From NCBI GenBank assembly GCA_026025075.1, contig JAPEUI010000153.1, positions 1-34,780 on the forward strand: a stretch of 34,780 nt of DNA, given 5' to 3'. Within the stretch, counting starts at the first letter, position 1, and each line of letters opens with the position of its first letter. This document shows, one piece after another, positions 1-11,064 of this stretch. Source of the DNA: Vezdaea acicularis. Lineage: Eukaryota. The notes under the pieces are model-generated. The model saw only the letters and a list, made by a program, of their open reading frames with translations. It was not told the DNA's origin and did no database searches. The position numbers and the translations under genes are program-made.

Positions 1-10
1 GATCAGGGAG

Positions 11-2408
11 ATGGCCAGCTTAAAGGCTCAGATTGTCTGGCATGACGACTCTGGAACCGAGAAGGTATTCAACCTGACTAGTGGAAGCCAATCGACTTCA
101 TACACGATCTCTAGATTAAAGGGGTCCTTGAAGGTCGTGAAAGGATACCCCAAGAAAAGTAGCGCAAGGATAAACCTTGCATTACTGAGTAAGTTACCTA
201 AGATTCTCTATCAACGATAAGATTAAGCATCTGATCTAGACAGATGTCAGGCCAAACTGCGTGACTCTCGAAGCATTGGGAGCTCAAACCATTGAGTTGC
301 CATTCTTTGCTTCACCATGGCTCGGTGAAAACAGCTCGGATGACCATGTAGAACCTGTGACCATTAAATGTGATGATGGAGGGCATGGCTGTAGGGTACA
401 CTTGATACCCGGCAATACCTTTAGAATTGGGTCTGCCGAGTTTACTATTCAGGCTCGAGGAGAAGGAGAGATCCAGGTACAGTCATCACCCGCTGTGATA
501 GAGGCACAGGAGATCGAAGAAGTCATGGCACTCGAACACGTCTCTAAGGAAACGGAGTTTCAAGCGACCCGCCAAGGGGCACTCAACAGCTCAGTCGGGA
601 CCCAGAGCTCAATGCTCTTCACGCCCAACCCACAATCTACCGTTGAATGCGTCGAGGAAACGCCAGCAATCAGTACCCGGTTCACCAACGCCAATGATCT
701 GTCAGATGCTGCCCGGAGACGGGTATTTACCCATAAGCATTCTCGCGCAAGAGTTGAGGAAAAAGCTAGCTCAAATGAAGAGGTTCAAGTGGGGAATTTA
801 GAGCTAGGTGAAACTATGGAAGAAGAACCACATGCTGCCCTGTTGTCATTTACCGCTGTTGATGCAATCTCGGACCCTAAGAACCGGCTTGATTCAAAGA
901 TTGCTGGGAACGAGGCACCGTTCGAGCCAGACTTTTTGCCTTATGGGTTTGAGGATGAGCTTCCGGCCAGAAAGAAGATCAAAAAGGAGGACGCAACTGC
1001 TTATCTCTCACTTCTGAGATCTGAAGATCGACCTTTACAGTCTATTGAGGACGCCGAGGGAAAATCTCCCGAAGCACGCGAGATGACCGCTTCTCTGTTT
1101 CCGGCACTGGATCCAAATGAGTCGCAGCCGTATACGCTTAGTCCGTCGGAAGTGACCGTAATACTGAATCATGAAACCGTGGATGATACTATGAATAAGA
1201 TCCCTGACCCCATGGACGGGGTGCTTGGAGACGCTTGGATTAGAGATCCTGGTGAAGTTGGCTTGAAAGAGTACGAAACACAGGACAGTGATGCTATCCC
1301 GGACTCTGAAGATGAAGAAGGAAGTACTATATCTGTCATATCTGGAAACCGCCCAAAAATCCCATCAGAAAGACCACGAGTCACAGATGGCCATTCTAGC
1401 AATGCTAAGCCATCAGAGTCAGAGCTCGTTGCTATTTCGGACCACGCTACAACCCAGCCGAATAAGAAGCGTGGAAGAAGGACAAAAGCATTAGAGACTA
1501 GCGAAAAGACTTCATCTGTAAAAAAACGCCGACGTCAGCCCCTATCTCAGCAGAGCGTCAACAGCTTTGTCAACCCCATCAATAACAAAAAGCGTATTCT
1601 GAGTACACCAGAATGTAGCCAAACATCGAGGCACGCATCCCTTACTCCTGAGGAACCGGCTGCATCTACCGGACTTGAAAGCCTTCTACCCTTAGCAGGC
1701 AGTGGGGGTAATGCATATAAGGGGGATCCCCCCAAAGTTTGCTTCACAAGTGGCAGCATGGTCTCAGAAAATCCTATGTCCGCATTTGTGAAGTTCTTGC
1801 AGGCTCAACAGGGGCGAAAGGTGGAAACAATTACTGAGGACACGAACGTTCTTTGTATTGGCACCAATGAACTGAAGAAAACGGCAAAGTTTATTAAAAG
1901 CGTGGCTCTTGGCATTGATATCGTCACTGATAAGTGGTTGAACGAAAGCTCTGCTGCGAGATATCTTTTGGATGTTGCACCGTTTTTGCCACAAGATCCA
2001 GCGAACGAGGCGCTTTGGGGCTTCACTCTTCGAGATGCTATTGCACGGGGTAAAGCAGGAGTCAGAGCATTTCAAGGAGTTTCCGTCATCTTTTCAACCT
2101 CTCTATGGAAAGAACTCAAAGGCGCTGCGAGAGAAATGGAGTCCATAGCTCGCGCTGCAGGTGCAATTAAAGTTCTGACGAGAACACCTAAAGAAGGTCC
2201 AATTGCCGACGACCCTACAACCGTTGTACTTGCGACCGAAAACGACAAAGATGCGGAGGCGATGCGAACACTTGGCTGGACACTTTACGGGAAAGACTTC
2301 TTGTCCCTGAGTGTCCTTCGGGGTCGGATTGACCTAGAAAGCGACGAATTCCAGCTAGGAATAGAGGCGAAGAAAACAACTATGAACCAGAGGAGGCGAG
2401 CGAGATAA
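11..2408 (+). CDS. BRCT-domain DNA-damage checkpoint mediator-like protein (MDC1/Mdb1-like)
   Basis: Model join(11..188,244..2408). Intron 189-243 (GTAAGT...CTGAT...CAG) joins the 11..220 ORF in frame to the 261..2408 ORF. The protein has a long acidic/Ser-rich disordered middle, a basic NLS-like stretch (KKRGRR, KKRRR) and C-terminal tandem BRCT-like repeats (LKKTAKFIKSVALGIDIVTDKWL; LYGKDFLSLSVLRG). The family assignment is from motif recall. Confidence 0.75.
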
Positions 2409-2842
2409 AGGTGACTAAACATTGCTGTACGCATATGAATCACGACTGTACGATAGTAATGCGTGCAAAATTTGCATTAAACATCCTGCATGGGAGGGAA
2501 ATGGAGTCTTGCCTTGGGTAGCTTGAGATTTCGCGACCCTACTGAATGGATGGCCTTGTAGAACGCTGTATTTTATTCTAAAGGAGGTCTGAGATCACAA
2601 TAGACAGATTATTCTTAAAGGACGAGCTGATTAATTGCTTGTCAGATAATCACCTATCATTTGGCAGCGTACACTCTCATCAATAACAGAATACATGAAC
2701 TGTGAACTGATGTTGTCGCAAAAGTGAAAGGGGTATTTATTTAAGCTATTAAATGCATCAAGATTCAGTCTATCTGATGTATGATCAACTGTATTAAGCC
2801 TTTATAAGAAACCAGGACATAGACACGGGTAACGGCAAACGT

Positions 2843-3596
2843 CTAAGCGTCAGCCTGCTTCTGCAAATCTACCTCCGCACCACGCTGCCGTGTCTTTCCA
2901 GTATCATGTTGCGCTTGGTAAGCGGCCTGGCTCTCTCTGTCCCCAGTGATGGAACTTCCTATGGAACCCAGCGTTCCCGAAACACGGTCCGCTACAAAGC
3001 TAATTAGCAATTGATCGACATACAGTTCGAAAGAGCATATGCGTGAACTTACCAACGCCACCGCCCAGATCGTTCAGTTGGCCCTTAGCCTCCTTGCCCT
3101 GACCCTGCAGGTTCTGTTCGCGCCCTTGTTGCTTCAAGTTCTCATTGCCGATCAAATTACCAATAGTCTCCTTGCCGGAGCCGATGGTCTGATCCCAAGA
3201 GCCTTCGCTGCGATTAGGATCGTCTTTGGTGATGGCGCCTGCGGTGGACCCGGTGAAGGGGCCGACTTTGGCGGTCGCGTGCGAGGCATCGTATTCAGCG
3301 TTTGCTTTGTCTTGACGGGCATCGCCGCGGGTCTGAAAGAGTGGGCATTAGCATAGAACCTTGACCGAATTGAAGCTTCATATGAAGTGGGGTGAGGTGG
3401 GGAAGACTTGGCGCGGGGCAGGAGGGGCTGCTAAAGAATTCCAAGAACAGATCTCCTTTCGCCCCAAGCCGTACGCTTAAAAGTGAGAGGTGCTTACCTT
3501 GTCTACGTTATTGCCAGTGACCGAACCTAGGGCAGACTGAGCGAGGCCGGAAGCAGAGTCGACGTAAGAGCCGAGAGTGGAGGTGTTATCAGTCAT
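2843..3596 (-). CDS. CsbD/LEA-like hydrophilic stress protein, 175 aa
   Basis: Model complement(join(2843..2991,3053..3332,3498..3596)), with GTAAG donors, GCTAAT branch sites and CAG/TAG acceptors. Translation: MTDNTSTLGSYVDSASGLAQSALGSVTGNNVDK-TRGDARQDKANAEYDASHATAKVGPF...EGSWDQTIGSGKETIGNLIGNENLKQQGREQNLQGQGKEAKGQLNDLGGGV-ADRVSGTLG...DLQKQADA. It contains the CsbD-like G-S-x-K-E-x-x-G-N-L-x-G pattern. The ORF track does not show it as one ORF. Confidence 0.85.
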
Positions 3597-3734
3597 GTTG
3601 AGAGATGGTTTGTTCTATTTGGAATTGGATAGGTTTGATATGATTATTATGGGGGAAGAATCCTGATTTTGAACTTCGATCTAAGGAGATGTGGAATGAT
3701 TGTCAAATTAATATAACTTCTAAACGCAGCTATC

Positions 3735-3743
3735 TTTTATATA
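3735..3743 (-). promoter_or_regulatory. TATA box of the CsbD-like gene
   Basis: TATATAAAA on the minus strand about 140 bp upstream of the ATG at 3596. ATF/CRE-like words lie just upstream (TTGCGTCAT 3772-3780, TGACATCA 3831-3838). Confidence 0.5.
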
Positions 3744-4144
3744 CCAAGCTTTCTGCTCTAGGTTGGCAGCTTTGCGTCATATCAACAGGGGCTTGCGCGC
3801 TCTTTCTCCGAAGGGCTAAGCGAACGCCTATGACATCACAAACCACCAAGGGGATACCACAACCACATCGCGACATTCATCGAGCTCCCCATGTGATCCT
3901 CAACAGAAAGTTCCAGAAGGCTTGATTTGATTTGTTGTCGTACTGTGCATCAAGAGTAACTAGTACATGTGAATGTAGTACACCTATTTACAAGCGCTGC
4001 GTCTTTCTCTAAAACACAAATCTATGTTCATATCCCATCACATGGGCAGAATAATCAGATCTCGCAACGTCTTGGTGCAAGATTATTGAAGACATCCCAA
4101 AATCGAATTATGTTGAATGCTGCCGAATGTACACTCGGGACTCG

Positions 4145-5715
4145 TCACCAGTGACAGAGCCCACCTTCGCTGTCGTCCATGGCCCAGGTTCCAGCCAGGC
4201 CGACAATTTGCACGTCTCCGTTAGCGTGTTCATCCACCGTACCAAGTGTTGCAAAAGCCCTCTTGTCTCCAGCTGGGCCATTGCTCAGGAGCCTTCGAGC
4301 CCATGCGTCGATTGCCGGCTCGCCTGTCTCGTCTCTCGCCTGCTTCAAAAAGGGTATTAAGGCAGTACCACCCGTTCCTCTAAGCTTCCTTTTGCCAGTG
4401 GCAGCGTCTGTATTCGATGCCATTGAAGCGATGTTAACTGGTTGCGGAGCAGTCCGTGGACTGATGGAACGGGAATGTGAGCGAGACTCGCGAGACTTGA
4501 CAACGATGTAGCGGGAGACCATTTGTATGTGCTTATCTCGGAATGCTCGAAGCATAGCCAAACAAGCATCATATGCTACGCAGAGCGCACGATTTGAGCG
4601 GTGGCTTTCTACATAGTCGCGGATGTTGGCAACGTTAGACACGTGGGTTAGAAAGCGTCGGTGAGGCCCTGGCATGTACGTGCGCATATTCTATGGACTT
4701 GTCAGTTGGAGGTATAGTGAGGTATGTGTGAGACTCATACCTGGATGAAATTATGCCTAGGAGGCGAGGGAATGCCTTCGTCACTTTCTAGGCTCTCCGC
4801 TTTCTTCTCTCCCGTAGGACGGTGTTCTATTCCCAGGATTATGTCAAAAAATTGAATCAACGAACTCTGTGCGTTGCTGCCCCCACTATACTGTCTATAA
4901 ACATCAACCCCAGTACCGTCTTCGTATATTACACCTCGAGGTAAGCCCGCATCCTCCATGTTCTTACTTCCAGCCAAGAAGGGCCTGATGCGATGATAGA
5001 ACACATGCGGATCGCAATTCTCGTACATCCTCTGGAGCATGGATCCTAGCTCATCCAATCTCTCTGCAAATGTATGCAGGGAGGCAATGACAATGTTACT
5101 GTCATTGGCTCTTGCCGCAGCAACAGCATTAAGCATGAGGGGTATTATGGGACCACCGCGAGCTTCGATTGCGACCGAGACCAAGTAGAACCATGACTCA
5201 TCCAGCGAACCAGTGAAGGTCGTCAAAGTCGACAGATTACCAAGACTATCTATATCTTCGTCGAGAAATAACGGCTTGAAGTTCCAGAGGCAAAGCGCAG
5301 CGTAGGTTGCAACTGGGGGCACCTCAAGATGGTCTGATACCTTGAGCAGAGGTATTGCAAGGCATTCTGGGATTCTCTACAATACTTGTTAGCGGCATTC
5401 AAAAGTATACATAGATGCACTTACGTCTGATGGTTTGTCTCCACCCCAGATGTAGGCATGAGCCATGAAAGCTAAAAGAGAATAAGCTCTTCTCCACTCG
5501 GATTCATGTTGTAGATTGTGAGTGGAAAGGATAGGTGTCCCATCAATCACTCCTCTTAGGCGTTTGCTAAGTATAAGACCTTGGAGGTTCGTCACGATGG
5601 CCTCCCATTTGCTATAATACGGGTCCGGAAGCACTCCCAAAGGGAGCTCCGCGGGTAAGAAGCCATTGACTGGGGAAATACCATAATCTTCGAGGGTTGG
5701 AATCGCTGGAATCAT
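4145..5715 (-). CDS. BNA2: Indoleamine 2,3-dioxygenase (kynurenine / de novo NAD pathway), 490 aa
   Basis: Model complement(join(4145..4690,4741..5376,5425..5715)). IDO motifs: YGISPVNGFLP, PPVATYAALCLWN, TFTGSLDESWFYLVSVAIE, FYHRIRPFLAG, YSGGSNAQSSLIQFFD, MRTYMPGPHRRFL, FRDKHIQMVSRYI (proximal His) and GTGGTALIPFLKQARDET. Confidence 0.95.
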
Positions 5716-6412
5716 GGCAGCTTGATGCCACTGAAATTAAGGAAAGTTGGAAGAAAGATGGAAGAATGCTAGGCAATATTTCTTTCATGAGAAATATAAA
5801 CTGCTAGATTTGTAATATGAGTAAGTGTTCCAAAGCTTTGATCACGGCAGTCGCCGGCTGTTCCTAAACCCTATGAGCAACTCATGGCCAAGAATGTAAC
5901 GCGCAGACGTCGGCTTCAAGGGCGGACAACCAGCAACATAATGAAAAGATCATGACAAGGCCCTAAATCCGAAGGAGGGCGGGCGGAGGAAGTCGGAGAG
6001 ATGGGCACACGACCGAAAAATTGAAGCGGAGCCGAGAGAATTCGCGCTAAATTCCTTCTCGATTATTCCTTGCAGATTGACGCAATCCATGTCTCCGAAA
6101 TCGGCATAGCCCCATGTGTCAACCAGAGTGGAACCAGTTGGTGGTATCCGAAAAGAATTATTTTGGAATTTATTGTCTCTCGTTCTCAACGAAGGCAAGA
6201 TTGCCAGCTGGAAAATGGTTTGCGGGAGAGGTGTTGCTTTTATGATGACATAATGCAAGCATAACGCGCACAATCATGGATCATTGCTACATAGCGAAAA
6301 TCTACCATTGAAAAATGACTGGCTCTATCGGTGTCGATGCTATTCATCGGAATGGTATTGGAGGGACTTGGCTATGACCACTTACCCTTGTCGTTCCACG
6401 CACGATCTCCTA

Positions 6413-7423
6413 ATGGCCTCCCAAGATGGCTCCGAAGATCTGCTCACAGGCGAACTCGATATTTTTCAGGAACCTGAGGACTTTTTCCCCAAAGCACATG
6501 CTCCCACTGTGGCGTCGCATCAGATGCTTTCAGGAGATGTACTGAACGTTAATCTTGTGGGGCACAATCCTCTCTGGGTATGACCTGTCCAAGATAAGCG
6601 TAGGCATGGGTGTGTTTGGTTTGACTGAATAGGGACATCTTCTTTGGAATGCTGGCAGAGTTATATCGCTTTATCTTGAAGAGAACAGTGCAAGCTTGGT
6701 GAAAGGCAAGGACGTCCTTGAGCTAGGAGCAGGCGCGGGACTACCTAGCCTGGTGTGTTCGATCATGGGAGCTTCAACTGTAGGGTTGAGAATTTTCTGA
6801 CCTGACTCGAATTACCCTGTCGCTGATGCCGATGAATGCAGGTTGTTGTGACGGACTATCCAGACACCGACCTCGTAGAAAATATGTGGTCCAACATTGA
6901 AAGCTGCGGGCTTCGAAAGGCCGGAAATATGCATGCAGAGGTTTGTCCGTGCGTGCATGTGCTCTGAATTGGCTAACAGACTAGGGGTATTTGTGGGGCT
7001 CTTCACCTGAGAAGATTCTATCACATCTCCATGAAGCTAGAACCGGCTTTGACATTCTCATTCTTGCCGATATCCTGTTCAATCATTCCGAGCACGCGAA
7101 ACTGTTGTCCACGGTCTGTGAGACAATGAAGAACGACTCTCGATCCCAAGCCTTGGTATTCTTCACGCCGTATAGACCATGGCTGCTTCAGAAAGATCTT
7201 GCGTTCTTTGATTTAGCACGTGATGCTGGGCTTGTCGTGGAGAAGGTCTTGGAGAAGGTGATGGATAAGCTGATGTTTGTGGACGACCCAGGGGTACGTA
7301 AGCCCCTTACTGCCCCTTCTGTGTTGTACACTGGGCTAAAGCCAGCAACCAAATCCTTAGGATGAGCTACAAAGGCGGACTGTGTACGGTTATACTATGC
7401 ACTGGAAAAATCCCACGAAATAA
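6413..7423 (+). CDS. EFM7: Protein N-terminal/lysine methyltransferase EFM7 (formerly NNT1, 'nicotinamide N-methyltransferase'), 260 aa
   Basis: Model join(6413..6577,6633..6779,6842..6940,6985..7293,7361..7423), all introns GT-AG and phase 0. Motifs: LVGHNPLW-GHLLWNAG, VLELGAGAGLPSLV (SAM motif I), VVVTDYPD, GYLWG, FDILILADILFNHSEH, VFFTPYRPWL and DPG-DELQRRTVYGY. Confidence 0.92.
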
Positions 7424-8173
7424 ATGAGTAGCTGCAGGCGTCCTCTGCCGATGATCGGCGCGCTAGATCTGCTGTACCAAGGTGCGCATATCCACCTCTT
7501 GTAGCTGGCTTCAAAGACCAAATGCAATGCTGCCAACGATTTAGCTCAAACTGGATTGTAGTACTTCTTAGAAACCTTAGACATCGACTTCTCCGGACTT
7601 CCTCCTTCACAAAAGGGCCTATGGTTTCTCCAAGTATATCTGAAGACTGACCGTATGGACTCTCCGGTGCAATGGTAGAAGGTTGATGCGGATCGATACC
7701 CGGTCTGAGAGATTATTACAAAGTATTGACGCGCCCATGCACACGCAGCAAGCCAGACGGGAGGGATATGATGACTAGAGATGGGCTTCACATTTTACAA
7801 GTAAATGTGCCCCGGGAACTGCTGAGTCCGTGATATCGGAAATGCTACTATCCGTGACACAATATCGATTGTAGCTGTAAACGTCAGCAGAAAGTGAAGT
7901 TATGATATTTGCAACTTTGGCACTTCACTCCTTAGAAGTAATTCGCGAGCGATGAAGTTTAGAGGCCTCAAACGCTGTGCAGAATTCCTGTCGATATGTC
8001 ATCCGATTGATCAATCGAAGCTGGTGACGCAGAAATTTGGGCACGAGGGCTATGTCATCATAGGCCATTTAATTGAATCCTTACTCATGCCATGGATAAT
8101 GTCATGAGGGCGAACAAGATGTGTGAAAAGCTAAAGTTCGCCCAAAGGAAAGTGAACTCGTTAACACAATGGT

Positions 8174-8495
8174 ATGAAAGCTTTAAGGGAAAAATTAGCT
8201 CTAGAGGAGGTTGAGAGGTCTATCGATGATGAGCCTAAAGATCATATCAAAGGAGATGAAAGAGGAAATGAGGGAAGGTATCAGAAAGGCGATTAACAGG
8301 GAAACAAAGGGAAATTTGAAAAGAAGAGATAGAGGAGGAGGTGACGAAGGAAATGAGAGCGATTAATAAGACTAATGAGGAGGAGGAATGAGGGACGAAG
8401 GGGACGGTGAGGACAGTGAAGAGAGCAAGGTGGAGAGCGAAGAGGAGAGCGAAGCGGAAATCGATAATCGATTGGGCATATGGCAGAACCGCTAG
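8174..8495 (+). pseudogene. Possible decayed acidic coiled-coil gene fragment (purine-rich)
   Basis: Strongly A/G-rich tract. Protein-like E/K/R-rich segments appear in successive frames, separated by frameshifts or stops: MKALREKLALEEVERSI / MMSLKIISKEMKEEMREGIRKAINRETK / EEIEEEVTKEMRAINKTNEEEE / MRDEGDGEDSEESKVESEEESEAEIDNRLGIWQNR*. Confidence 0.3.
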
Positions 8496-8813
8496 GAGTA
8501 GATTGGTAACATAAGCAAAGGAGAGCGCCAATCCAGAATTGCTTGGCAGAACTACCCAATGGCAATGAATCAGACACAAGTGCGCTCTTTCACTACTCTT
8601 CTGAGTAAGGTAATCTGATTATGTGCATTGAAATGGTGATGCTTCAGGCGCCCAAGAGAGTCTATGTGTGTTAAAAAAATGCCTTGTAGGACACCACTTG
8701 ACCCTTTTGCCGCGACCCATGTCCTCATATGCCTCTTTCACCTCTTTCCTTGAGTATGCTTATTCCCATTGATGTGCCTTTCCAATGTTGCTTATATTCC
8801 TATGATTCGATGG

Positions 8814-9740
8814 TCACATTACCACACAACAACCTTCAAGTTTCCGGATTATCTTTGGTAGGAATTTCATTGCCAGCTTCTCAAGCTCCTCATTGTCATT
8901 TTGGTTCTGTTGTCCTCCATGGCCTTGTTGTGGGCCACCAGGATATCCGCCTTGCTGCTGACCACCATGGTGCTGGCCACCGCCGTGGTGAGGCTGACCA
9001 CCGTAGCCGCCTCCGCCGTGTTGCGTTGGAGGCGCATGTGCGGGGCCCCCTTGAAGGTTGATATACATCCGTCCGGCGTTCTCCTCGGTACTATAGTTCA
9101 AACCGAGTTCTTGGCATACCTGTTCGACCCGGGGTTTGATTTTTTGGACATGATTGACAGAATGGATCCCTTTTCCGACAATCCTAGACACCCAATGAGC
9201 GAAATGTGCATTCGTAGGAGCATTCCTCAAACGGCACAGGGAAACCTACACATGCAAATGCGTCTGGCCTTGCGACTGCGCATACCTGATACGTTGCTCT
9301 ACGATGTCTTCTGCTTCGTTCGCGAACTGCCCATGTAGATCAATCGTATCCGCTGCAACTCTCCCTGGCGCGTTGTTCTCCCTGAAGATGTAGTCTGAAG
9401 CTTGCTTATTATAATTATCCGCCGTCTGGCCATGCCTCTTTGCCTCTTCTGAGAATTGATGTGCTGCTCCCCCATCGCCATGCTCATACGCTTGGTGCGC
9501 CTAAAGCCGAATCAGCGATTGCGTCGAGATGGCAGTACAATGGCTCGAGCGCACTTGTTCCGATAGTCGGGCGCGTTTATCATGTTCTTGACGCGCCAAA
9601 CCCCGCAGCCTATCGTATTCTGCCTCTGCATTGCTACTTTGATTATGGTTGAAGGCTTAATTTTAGGTAATCAGTTTCATCCTCAGGAGGGATAACAGCA
9701 ACTAACCACTACCGCCCATTTGGGTCAGGGGATACGACAT
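8814..9740 (-). CDS. Smr-domain protein (DUF1771 + Smr) with Gly/Gln-rich tail and C-terminal CaaX, 251 aa
   Basis: Model complement(join(8814..9183,9250..9500,9555..9655,9707..9740)). Translation: MSYPLTQMGGS-AFNHNQSSNAEAEYDRLRGLARQEHDKRARLSEQ-AHQAYEHGDGGAAHQFSEEAKRH...IFRENNAPGRVAADTIDLHGQF...HLHV-IVGKGIHS...EENAGRMYINL...GCCVVM. IDLHG, IVGKGxHS and NxG are Smr hallmarks. The first intron uses an AAG acceptor. Confidence 0.9.
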
Positions 9741-10746
9741 GATGAGCTACAGGAAATGGATAGACGCTGATTCCGTGGTATTTGTTCCTAAGGACAGTTC
9801 TTCTCAAATCCAGAACGCGCGGCGCGCAAAGAAGTAAATAGGCAATGGCTGTGTCTTCGGGAGGGCTAGCACTAAAGAGGGCGATCGGGTAAGACAGTGG
9901 ATTCTGAGATACCATGGGTTAGGTTGCAGTAGATTGATACACGCAATTCTGATACAACACGGACAACGTTGTCACACTCATAGGTATTATGCATGATCTC
10001 AGAATAAGACGCGAAACTATCAGTGAGGTTAATCGTCGCAGGATGCACCCCAAGCCTCCAAGTTGCCCCCTTGACTGCAATACAGCTTTGTAATCAAAAG
10101 TCTGAGGCCGAGGGTAAGACCTTAAGATTTAGGCTACATAGAGGAGAACTACGGTGGAAATCTTAATGTATTCATTGGATTACAGAACGAGGAAAGACTT
10201 CTCATCATCTGCTGCGCTTCATCATTTCAAGATGATAGAATGCAGATCTGACAGGTGTGTGTCAAGGTCGATGCCTCACACAACCCTGATGCGGCAGCGT
10301 CTCAGCCGTCTTGGGGAATATGCGAGATTCGCTTGCCCCCTGACAAGTGATTAGCCAAGTAGCGAAAGGTGCTTTTTGCATCGAAGCCACGAGCCACCTT
10401 CATCATCTTCATCCGACCCCAATTCATCACGACGACATCAATCCTCGTACCCCTCATCAGCTTCGAGGAAAACTCAAGGTATTCTCGCTCGGAGTTGGTT
10501 GATTGAGTGCTCTCTGTATTCGACGGCACGCGTTGACACGAAGTCTCACCCTTGGCTTCCCTTTGTTTCGCGACCATCAACCATCGAAGTTTGTAAAAGT
10601 CGGCTTTTCGTCAACGGTTGAGCTGGAAAGCCACAACCATTGGCTCTAGTTCTTCCAAAGCAACCCCATTAGCCAGGCTTCAAATTTCCGCGAATTCTCA
10701 CGTATACGACCGTCGATGGTGACTAGATACACAAGCAACAACCTAG

Positions 10747-10939
10747 GTCAGTGAAAGAGCCCGTTCTAGCTACATCCACAGTCCTCCAGTCGCATAGAAA
10801 TCCGCCATAAAGCTTTGACATTGCGAAAGCGACTGCCTGGTACTTCATGTCAAAAGCGCTCAAATCGTCTTGAGTAATCTTTTAGAAGCGCACTGACATA
10901 TATGGAACACCAGGCTAACCGCACTCGGCAAATCCGTAG
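10747..10939 (+). other. Probable 5'-UTR intron of the G-alpha gene
   Basis: AG|GTCAGT donor at 10747, GCTAAC branch site at 10914-10919 and TAG acceptor at 10937-10939, 125 nt upstream of the ATG. Confidence 0.5.
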
Positions 10940-11064
10940 GATTCGTAGAAACGAGCTGCCCCCCCCGCAAGAATCTTGATTCAGGCGTTCGCTACGAACA
11001 ATCAGACTCCTGATTTAGCATCGTTCCCTTCTCGTTCTCCGACGGTTGATCGAACGCCATCAAA

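Noticed and set aside
3039..3356. 105-aa hydrophobic + strand ORF
   Set aside because: Antisense shadow of exon 2 of the CsbD-like gene.
8247..8579. Two hydrophobic or Ser/Leu/Phe-rich minus-strand ORFs resembling membrane proteins
   Set aside because: Expected translation of the complement of a purine-rich tract, with no other support.
9709..9915. 68-aa ORF as the first exon of the Smr gene
   Set aside because: The ATG at 9740 in another frame splices in phase to exon 2 and gives a family-typical N-terminus.
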